Of a stretch of 32,087 nucleotides of DNA, positions 26,184-32,087 are shown one piece after another; positions within the stretch are counted from its first letter, which is position 1, and each line of letters begins with the position of its first letter. The translations under genes were made by a program, and so were the position numbers. The DNA comes from Bacillota bacterium. Its GTDB lineage: Bacteria > Bacillota > Sulfobacillia > JAJZYS01 > JAJYTV01. The notes under the pieces are model-generated. The model saw nothing but the letters and a program-made list of their open reading frames with translations, made no database searches and had not been told where the DNA came from. Where the stretch lies: positions 1 through 32,087 of the forward strand of contig JAJYTV010000001.1 of NCBI GenBank assembly GCA_021792885.1. Reading direction: 5' to 3'.

Positions 26184-26636
26184 TTGCTCAAGTCTCGGCT
26201 TGAGGAAGACATGCGCGCAGCGATGCGTTTGAAGGAGGCGGGCAAGGCCCGCCTCTCTGTCCTTCGCGTCGCGCTCGCCGCGGTAAAGAACGTGGAGATC
26301 GACCGCCGGCGCCCGCTCGAGGACGCGGAGGTGCTGGACGTGCTCACGCGCGAGGTGAAGAGCCGCAGAGACGTCCTGCCCGACTACGGGCGTTCCGGGC
26401 GCGCAGATCTCGTCGCCAAGATCGAGGGCGAGATCGCCGTCTTGCAGGAGTACCTGCCGGCGCAGCTGGGGGACGTGGAGATCGAGGCGATCGTGCGCGA
26501 GCGCATCGCCCAGCTCGGCGCCCAGGGTCCGCGCGACCTCGGCAAGGTGATGGGACCGGTGATGCAGGAGCTGCGCGGCAGGGCGGACGGCAAGCGCGTG
26601 CAGGAGATCGTGAAGCGCACGCTCGGCGCGAGCTAG
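26184..26636 (+). CDS. yqeY: GatB/YqeY domain-containing protein
   Basis: TTG 26184 follows AGGAGG, which overlaps the rpsU stop. MLKSRLEEDMRAAMRLKEAGKARLSVLRVALAAVKNVEIDRR...REVKSRRD...YLPAQL...GKVMGPVM is the typical YqeY pattern. It sits after rpsU, as in Bacillus. Confidence 0.85.
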   Translation: MLKSRLEEDMRAAMRLKEAGKARLSVLRVALAAVKNVEIDRRRPLEDAEVLDVLTREVKSRRDVLPDYGRSGRADLVAKIEGEIAVLQEYLPAQLGDVEIEAIVRERIAQLGAQGPRDLGKVMGPVMQELRGRADGKRVQEIVKRTLGAS

Positions 26637-26637
26637 G

Positions 26638-28083
26638 ATGGCGCTGCAGACGAGGCTCGCATCCGGCATCGGGCCGGAGGATGATGCGCTGTTGCGCGCG
26701 GCGCTGCAGCATGGCGTCTGGACCGACCCCCCGCTCGTCGGCGTCGCGAGCGCGCGCTTTGACGACGACGCGCTCACCGTCCTGCGCGAGTGGGCGGAGA
26801 GCTTCGCCCGGGAGGTCGTCACGGCGCAGTGGCGCCTGCCCGATCTTTCGGGCGTTCCCGTGTCGGAGGGGCTGCTGCGCGTCGCACTGCACGAGCTCGG
26901 GAACGGCACGGCGCTCGTCGTCCAGTCCAAGGGCTACGGCAACCTCGACGTTTCCGTGGGCTCCGCGCACGAGGCGGTGCGTCGCATCGCGGCCTTCGCC
27001 GCGGAACGCGGGGCGGGCGCGCTCGTACGCCTCTACTACCTGCACGCGACCTTCCTCAACTACCGCGCCTTGCGCTACTACGGCGAGATGCGCGGCGACG
27101 ACTTCGTCTTCGGACGCCTGCACCGGCCCTGGTGCGACTGGCGCCTCACGGAAGAGCTGCGGGCAGGGCTCGCGCTCGGGGAGATCGAGCCGATGCCCGG
27201 AGAGGGCGGTGGGCTGCGGCTGACGGAGCGCGGACTCGCGGCGACGGTGGCGCTGGAGGAGGCGTTCCGCAGCGCCGGCGTGCAGCATGCGCGCGACCTC
27301 ATGCGCGAGGGGTCGGCGCGCAACCTCGCGACCGACGCGCGCCGCGGCCTCTACCGCACGATGCCCGCGCTCGCGGAGCGCGCGCGGGCCCTGCAGGGGT
27401 ATATCGAGCAGCTGCAGCCGATCCGCCGCGCGGTCGAGGTGGGATCCGTCTCGGGCATGCTTGCGGTCTGGGCATCCGAGGGGCGGCTCGGCGACGCGGA
27501 GGCGATCTGCTGCGGCAGTTCGCAGGGGCGCCTCCTGCAGGTGCAGCACGACTTCGGCGGGCGCATCGCGATCATGCACTGCCTCTCGGACGGCAGCCTG
27601 CCGTTCGCGGACGGGTCGGTGGACCTCGCGGTGCTGCCGGCGACGCCCGTGCGCCAGTGGATGGCCGGGCTCCTGCAGGAGCTTTCCCGGATCCTGCGTC
27701 CCGGCGGCCGCGCCGTCCTCCTGACGTCGCGGGGCTGGCAGGACGCCTTCCCGCGCGAGGTGCGCCAGGCGATGCCCTCCGTCGGACTCGAGTTCCTCGC
27801 CCGCACCGACGCCGTGTACGCGGCGCAGGCGGCGAGCGACGCAGGCTTCGAGGTGCTGCGCGGCGAGGAGGAGTCGGTCGACGGCGAGGTGACGACGGGC
27901 GAGGCGCTCTACGCGCTGCTCGGCGAGACGGGCGTCCTCACGGAACTGCACCGCTGGATGCCGATCGCGGAGGCGGAGCGGCGCGAGGACGAGCTCTTCG
28001 ACGCCTGTGCCGCGGCGCTGCGCGCCGTCCACGGCCGCTGGCGCTTTGCGGTCAGCGAGGAGACGGTGCTGGCGCGCCGTTGA
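26638..28083 (+). CDS. Hypothetical protein with an unknown N-terminal half and a degenerate class-I SAM-methyltransferase-like C-terminal half
   Basis: 481 aa. The ATG is 1 nt after the yqeY stop. Codon third positions are strongly G/C. The C-terminal region VEVGSVSG...LPFADGSVDLAVL...LLQELSRILRPGGRAVLLT resembles Methyltransf_11, but the usual GxGxG reads GSVSG. Confidence 0.7.
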   Translation: MALQTRLASGIGPEDDALLRAALQHGVWTDPPLVGVASARFDDDALTVLREWAESFAREVVTAQWRLPDLSGVPVSEGLLRVALHELGNGTALVVQSKGYGNLDVSVGSAHEAVRRIAAFAAERGAGALVRLYYLHATFLNYRALRYYGEMRGDDFVFGRLHRPWCDWRLTEELRAGLALGEIEPMPGEGGGLRLTERGLAATVALEEAFRSAGVQHARDLMREGSARNLATDARRGLYRTMPALAERARALQGYIEQLQPIRRAVEVGSVSGMLAVWASEGRLGDAEAICCGSSQGRLLQVQHDFGGRIAIMHCLSDGSLPFADGSVDLAVLPATPVRQWMAGLLQELSRILRPGGRAVLLTSRGWQDAFPREVRQAMPSVGLEFLARTDAVYAAQAASDAGFEVLRGEEESVDGEVTTGEALYALLGETGVLTELHRWMPIAEAERREDELFDACAAALRAVHGRWRFAVSEETVLARR

Positions 28084-28216
28084 GGCATGGGTTCTGGATG
28101 CCGCGGCCGGCGCTGCGCGGATGCATCCACTTGCGCAACCATGCGCCCGGCCCTGCGGCATGCCGCCGATCGCGTGCGAGAGGACGCTTCTGCGTGATTG
28201 CAGGTTTGTCTCCAGC

Positions 28217-29008
28217 TCACCGGGGCTGCCACGTGATGCGGCCCGATCCGATCATGAACGTACCCGTTCCCAGCGTCGGGCTCTCGACGTAGACGAGACG
28301 GTCTCCCTTGAATCCGGTGATATGCAGCTCCCCGGCGCCTGCCACCTTGATGACGACGGGAGTCTGCGTCTTTTGGATGGTGAAGGTGATGAGAACGCCG
28401 GTCGAAGGTTGATCGGCGAGATCGCCGGCGGCGACCTCTCGGCTTGCGTCGATGAAGGCCACGGGCGCCAAGTGATAGAGGGCGCCGTCCACCGCGGCGT
28501 ACGCTTGCGGCATCCACGCCGTGGTGAGCGCCTCTGGTGGCCAGCCCCCGCCCACGTCCTCCTGTGCTGCACCCGTTTGGCCGTCCACGACGAAGAGCTC
28601 GAACTCCATCTGCGGCGGCGTGATCGGTCGAGGGGCTCCGGTGAATCCGAGGTTCGGTCCGGCGACCTCCACGACGTACGCGGATCGCGGATCGCCGGTA
28701 TGGCCTCCAACGAGGCCCGCAGGCTGGATGTAGATGACCTTCGCAAGCTTGCGGAGCGCTGGCCACAGCTGCAAGGATCGGATGATGGCGGACTTCGGCG
28801 ACACCCGATAGGAAGAGGGGGCCCTCGTGCGCCACAGGATATAGAGCGATGGCGTGGCGTAGGGCAGGGTGCGGTTCCAGGGCACGCGATGCACCGCAAT
28901 GCCGTCCACTTGGCCCGGGTACGTGAGTGGCGCTGTGGACGGCGCAGCTGTGGCGCAGCCCGCCGCAAGCATTGCGATCCCGATGACGGCGGCCATCAGT
29001 TTGTGCAT
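28217..29008 (-). CDS. Lipoprotein of unknown function
   Basis: ATG 29008 follows AGGAGAAGG. Signal peptide with lipobox: MHKLMAAVIGIAMLAAGC. Sampled lines are about 62-65% GC, against about 80% in the adjacent gene. The remainder of the 620-aa track ORF is shadow over two other genes. Confidence 0.65.
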   Translation of the reverse strand: MHKLMAAVIGIAMLAAGCATAAPSTAPLTYPGQVDGIAVHRVPWNRTLPYATPSLYILWRTRAPSSYRVSPKSAIIRSLQLWPALRKLAKVIYIQPAGLVGGHTGDPRSAYVVEVAGPNLGFTGAPRPITPPQMEFELFVVDGQTGAAQEDVGGGWPPEALTTAWMPQAYAAVDGALYHLAPVAFIDASREVAAGDLADQPSTGVLITFTIQKTQTPVVIKVAGAGELHITGFKGDRLVYVESPTLGTGTFMIGSGRITWQPR

Positions 29009-29052
29009 GATGATGTGCCTTCTCCTGCCAGGATGGACCGGTTGATTGCAGC

Positions 29053-29080
29053 GGGGGGCGGGCCGAGCGGCCCGCCCCCC
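29053..29080 (-). terminator. Stem-loop after the DUF5069-like gene
   Basis: ggggggcgggcc gagc ggcccgcccccc, a 12-bp perfect stem. No U-tract. Confidence 0.5.
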
Positions 29081-29094
29081 GGTCTCCCTGCTGC

Positions 29095-29535
29095 TCAGCC
29101 CTGCGTCAGGTAGCGGTGGAACTCCGCCCAGTCGTCGAGCTGGTTCAGCTGGATGCCGACGCGCACGTCCTCGTCGCCGGTGAAGCCCGCGCCGCGCAGG
29201 ATCTCGCGGCGGCGGTCCTCGGGGAACTCGCGGCCGAGGATGTAGTCGTTCACCTGCTGGATCTTCTCCTGCGGCACGCTGCCGCCGAGCTCCTGGACGA
29301 CCCACGCCTCGAAGGCGGCATAGGTCGGGACCTTGTCGAGGAATGCGAGCACGCGCTCGCGGTCGAGTCCGAGGCCCTCCAGCACGACGCGGTCGAAGCC
29401 CTGGCCGCAGGCCGAGTAGCCCTCGGGCAGGAGGCCCTTCTTGTCGAGCAGCACCTTGGACCAAAGACGCGGCAGCTGCACCACGCCGAGGGGGCCCTTC
29501 GCGGAACTCGGCGCGATTGGCGGAACTTTCTGCAC
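29095..29535 (-). CDS. DUF5069-like protein
   Basis: 146 aa. GTG 29535 lies 6 nt after GGGAGGG. LPRLWSKVLLDKKGLLPEGYSACGQGFDRVVLEGLGLDRERV matches my memory of the DUF5069 pattern (R..DK.R....G.L...Y....G.GFD......LG.D). Family assignment is from memory only. Confidence 0.55.
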   Translation of the reverse strand: MQKVPPIAPSSAKGPLGVVQLPRLWSKVLLDKKGLLPEGYSACGQGFDRVVLEGLGLDRERVLAFLDKVPTYAAFEAWVVQELGGSVPQEKIQQVNDYILGREFPEDRRREILRGAGFTGDEDVRVGIQLNQLDDWAEFHRYLTQG

Positions 29536-29562
29536 ATCGATCCCTCCCGGATGGTCTTCGGA

Positions 29563-30171
29563 TCAGTCTCCCAGCTCGTGCATGCGCTCCGGGCGCAGGC
29601 AGAAGCGGAGGGGACGGTGGGTCACGGCTTGGAGGACACCCTCGCGCGCCATGTCCTGCGTCTCGCGCAGGAGCAGGTGTTCCGGGACGCCGGAGAGCGG
29701 TGGCATCGCCTGCAGCTCCTTCAGCGAGAAGGCGCCGCCGTGCGCCAGGAGGTCCTGGAGCGTTCGGCGCAGCTCCCCCGCCGTGGCGGGCGGGCGGCCT
29801 GTCGCGGCGCTCACGGCGAGCGCGGTGCTGCCCTGGCTGCGCAGCAGCGCGACATGGTTGAGCCCGGCGAACATGAACTCGCGCTCCAGCGGGTTCAGAT
29901 CGCTCGCGGCGATGATGTCGTGCAGGTCCGCGACCGAGGCGCCGACCGCCGTGCCGACCCCGAGCAGGGACGCCGCGGGCACGTCCAGCACCTCGGCGAG
30001 CTGGAAGAGCGAACGGAGGTTCATCCGCCTTCCGTCCTCGAAGTCTTTCAGGCTCGCGATGGAAAGCTGGAAGCCGCACCTGCGCATGCGCTCCTGCACT
30101 TCGCGCCGGCTGCAGGACGCGCGCCTTCGCGCCTCTCGAAGCCGTTCCCCGATGAGTCTGTAGGGGTCCAA
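29563..30171 (-). CDS. XRE-family HTH transcriptional regulator with an uncharacterised C-terminal domain
   Basis: IGERLREARRRASCSRREVQERMRRCGFQLSIASLKDFEDGRRMNLRSLFQLAEVLDVPAASLLG is HTH_3-like. TTG 30171 (or GTG 30174) follows GGAGGCGGAGGTGAG. The stop is 27 nt from the DUF5069 gene start. Confidence 0.7.
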   Translation of the reverse strand: MDPYRLIGERLREARRRASCSRREVQERMRRCGFQLSIASLKDFEDGRRMNLRSLFQLAEVLDVPAASLLGVGTAVGASVADLHDIIAASDLNPLEREFMFAGLNHVALLRSQGSTALAVSAATGRPPATAGELRRTLQDLLAHGGAFSLKELQAMPPLSGVPEHLLLRETQDMAREGVLQAVTHRPLRFCLRPERMHELGD

Positions 30172-30289
30172 CACCTCACCTCCGCCTCCAAGACAACCCA
30201 ATTCTAGCGCAGACCCTGCCCGTCCTGCCGCCGCATCGGCCCGCCTCGGAGGGCATAGCGTGGAGGGAGGCGAAAGGGGGGACGGTGGG

Positions 30290-30559
30290 GTGGCGGACCT
30301 GCGCGATGCCCTGAGCCGCTGGCTCGACCTGCCGGAGGACGTCACGCTCGACCTGCCCCGGCTGCGCCTGCTGGGCGACCTGCAGGTGCTCGTGGAGAAC
30401 CACCTCGGGGTGCGCTCCTTCCATGAGGACGAGGCCGTCGTGGCGACGAAGATCGGCGACCTCCTGATCTATGGGGCGGACCTTCGGGTCGGCGCCGTGT
30501 CGGAGGATGCCGTGCTCGTCACGGGACGCATCGAAGGGCTGCGCTACCGCCGTGGCTGA
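30290..30559 (+). CDS. yqfC: Sporulation protein YqfC
   Basis: LDLPEDVTLDLPRLRLLGDLQVLVENHLGVRSFHEDEAVVATKIGDLLIYGADLRVGAVSEDAVLVTGRIEGLRY matches the YqfC pattern. I chose GTG 30290 behind GAAAGGGGGG; GTG 30260 is an alternative. Confidence 0.75.
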   Translation: MADLRDALSRWLDLPEDVTLDLPRLRLLGDLQVLVENHLGVRSFHEDEAVVATKIGDLLIYGADLRVGAVSEDAVLVTGRIEGLRYRRG

Positions 30560-31676
30560 AGGGATCTTCCTGCGCCTGCGCTTTCGGGGATCCCAGGGCG
30601 CGCTCTTCCGCGCGGCGCAGGAGGCGGCCGTGCGCGCCCGCAGGCTGCGCGCCGAAGGCGACGCGCTCGAGTTCGAACTGCCGCTCGACGACGCGCTGCG
30701 CCTGCGCCGCACGCTGCACGGCGGGCGCGGCCGCCTGCAGGTGCTGGGGCACGGCGGCTGGCCGCTCGCGCTGCGCGCGCTGCGCCGCAGGCCCTGGCGG
30801 CTACTCCTGCCGCTCTTCGCCGCCTCGCTCTATGTGGCGGCGTCGAGCGTCGTCTGGCAGGTGCAGGTCGTGGGCCCGGCGGGCATCCCCGCGCGCGCGC
30901 TGCTTGCGGCCGCGCGCCGGGACGGCCTCGCGCCCGGACGCTACCGCTTCTCGCTGCACCCGCAGGCGCTCGGGACGAAGCTCCTCTCCCAGGTGCCTGG
31001 CCTGATCTTCTGCACCGTGCGCGTCGACGGCGTGCGCGCCTTCATCTACGCGGCACCGCAGCTCGCGCCGCCCAAGGCGCCCGCCCCTCCCTCCTACGGG
31101 CCGATCACGGCCGAGGAGTCCGGCTATGTCACGCGCGTCGTCGTGGAGCGCGGAGTGCCGGCGGTGAAGGCGGGGGAGACCGTGCTCGCCGGGCAGCCGC
31201 TGATCATGCCGCGGGGCGGGCAGGCGCAGGGGACGGTCTTCGCGCGGGTCTGGCGCACCTACCAGTACACCGTGGCGCTCTCTGTGACGCGCCAGTTCGC
31301 CACGGGCCGCGAGGCGCAGCGCTGGTATATCCGCCTCCCCTGGGGGCGAGAATGGGCGCCGCAGGGCACCTCGGCACCGTTCCGCCGAAGCCGTGTGCAA
31401 GGCCGTACGTGGAGGATTCCCTGGTTCTCCGTCGAAGTCACGCGCCGGACATATGTCGAACTGCGCCCCGTGCGGCTGACCGTGCGGCCGGCCTTCGCCG
31501 AGAGCCAGGCGGTGCAGAGCGCGCGCGACGCGCTCGCGCAGGCGCTCCCGCAGGCGAAGGTCCTGCTGGTGCAGACCCGGGACACGCGGCAGGGCACCCT
31601 CCTTACCGTGCGGGTGCGTGTCGAGGCGGAGACCGATATCGCGCGGGCCGCGACAGGGGGCAGAACCCAGGATTGA
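30552..31676 (+). CDS. yqfD: Sporulation protein YqfD
   Basis: The GTG overlaps the yqfC stop (GTGGCTGA). A TM segment WRLLLPLFAASLYVAASSVVW is followed by QVQVVGPAGIP...LLSQVPGLIFCTVRVDGVRAFIY...GYVTRVVVERGVPAVKAGETVLAGQPLI, collinear with YqfD. yqfC-yqfD-phoH synteny is preserved. Confidence 0.75.
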   Translation: MAEGIFLRLRFRGSQGALFRAAQEAAVRARRLRAEGDALEFELPLDDALRLRRTLHGGRGRLQVLGHGGWPLALRALRRRPWRLLLPLFAASLYVAASSVVWQVQVVGPAGIPARALLAAARRDGLAPGRYRFSLHPQALGTKLLSQVPGLIFCTVRVDGVRAFIYAAPQLAPPKAPAPPSYGPITAEESGYVTRVVVERGVPAVKAGETVLAGQPLIMPRGGQAQGTVFARVWRTYQYTVALSVTRQFATGREAQRWYIRLPWGREWAPQGTSAPFRRSRVQGRTWRIPWFSVEVTRRTYVELRPVRLTVRPAFAESQAVQSARDALAQALPQAKVLLVQTRDTRQGTLLTVRVRVEAETDIARAATGGRTQD

Positions 31677-32087
31677 GTGAACGGAAATTCGAAAGCCGCT
31701 TCGAGGTGCCCGACAACCGGACGGCCGCAGTGCTCTACGGCCACCTGGACGAGAACCTGCGGGCGATCGAGGCGGCGTTCCCCGTCGATATCGTAAGCCG
31801 CGGCAACACGCTCCTGCTCTCCGGCGAGGAGAGCGACCGCGAGGCGGTGCTGCGGGTGCTCGCGGAACTCCTGCAGCAGGCGCAGCGGACGGAGCTTCGG
31901 CCGGCGGACGTGCGCCAGGCGATCCGCAGCGCGCGCCGCGAGGGGGGCTCCGAGCCCGCCGAGGCGATCGTGCTGACGACGAGAGGCCGCGGGATCCGGC
32001 CGAAGACGCCGGGGCAGCGGGCCTACGTCGAGGCGATCCAGACGCACGACATCGCCTTCGGCATCGGCCCGGCGGGCACAGATCGGA
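31673..32087 (+). CDS. phoH: PhoH-family ATPase (5' partial, runs off the window)
   Basis: Absent from the track because the ORF is open-ended. TTG 31673 overlaps the yqfD stop. My translation is MSERKFESRFEVPDNRTAAVLYGHLDENLRAIEAAFPVDIVSRGNTLLLSGEE...IRPKTPGQRAYVEAIQTHDIAFGIGPAGT, ending inside the Walker A motif. Confidence 0.85.
   Translation, partial: MSERKFESRFEVPDNRTAAVLYGHLDENLRAIEAAFPVDIVSRGNTLLLSGEESDREAVLRVLAELLQQAQRTELRPADVRQAIRSARREGGSEPAEAIVLTTRGRGIRPKTPGQRAYVEAIQTHDIAFGIGPAGTDR

Noticed and set aside
24402-28161. Minus-strand ORFs of 510 aa (24402-25934) and 605 aa (26344-28161)
   Set aside because: They are antisense shadows of ddl/HIT and of the 481-aa CDS, with no recognisable motifs. 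The plus-strand frames carry the family signatures.
28087-28197. 36-aa ORF MGSGCRGRRCADASTCATMRPALRHAADRVREDASA in the convergent intergenic gap
   Set aside because: There is no properly spaced ribosome-binding site and no recognisable family, and such ORFs arise readily by chance in GC-rich DNA.
29009-30079. Upstream two-thirds of the 620-aa minus ORF 28217-30079
   Set aside because: This stretch overlaps the DUF5069-like and XRE genes in another frame and is Arg/Pro-rich. A good ribosome-binding site, ATG and lipoprotein signal peptide begin at 29008, so only 28217-29008 is kept.
30172-30289. Sigma-E-type sporulation promoter upstream of yqfC (CATAGCGT at about 30254-30261)
   Set aside because: It only partly resembles the CATACAnT -10 element as I recall it, and there is no convincing -35 element. 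That is too weak to annotate.
1-32087. Scan for CRISPR arrays, tRNA, rRNA and long tandem or interspersed repeats
   Set aside because: I found no regularly spaced direct repeats, no tRNA-like T-arm or acceptor pattern and no rRNA-like segments by eye. The GC-rich hairpins I did find are individually explained as terminators between genes.

Overview
This is a very GC-rich bacterial chromosomal segment; my hand counts of single 60-nt lines range from about 62% to 82% GC. The backbone is the conserved housekeeping neighbourhood of endospore-forming Firmicutes: holA / rpsT / spoIIP, then lepA-hemW-hrcA-grpE-dnaJ-prmA, then rpsU-yqeY, then yqfC-yqfD-phoH. That suggests a high-GC lineage such as Symbiobacterium, Thermaerobacter or Limnochordia, but I cannot fix the taxon from sequence alone.

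The left end carries an IS607-type insertion sequence. It has a serine-recombinase tnpA overlapping an unusually long 516-aa tnpB (an RNA-guided nuclease family), followed by a hairpin-dense 3' tail that could be its guide-RNA scaffold. After it come accessory and metabolic genes: a Pho84-like MFS transporter, a TipA-like MerR regulator with its operator, tag, a DsbA-like protein, lipoproteins, a quinone oxidoreductase, an MBL hydrolase and a PAS hybrid histidine kinase.

Departures from the canonical layout:
- dnaK is absent between grpE and dnaJ.
- spoIIP has lost both His-containing signature motifs.
- spoIIP and trxA are flanked by two decayed gene relics, an ABC ATPase and a GH18-like fragment.
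- The yqeZ-yqfA-yqfB slot is replaced by an uncharacterised 481-aa methyltransferase-like protein, a lower-GC lipoprotein gene and an XRE/DUF5069 pair.
- rpsU (58 aa) is missing from the supplied ORF track.

Many long ORFs in the track are antisense or off-frame shadows typical of high-GC DNA. Several true starts are internal GTG/TTG codons behind clear GGAGG-type ribosome-binding sites. I saw no CRISPR array, tRNA or rRNA. I found no complete, clearly novel multi-gene system. The best candidates for follow-up are the TnpB/guide-RNA locus and the uncharacterised insert at 26.6-30.2 kb.
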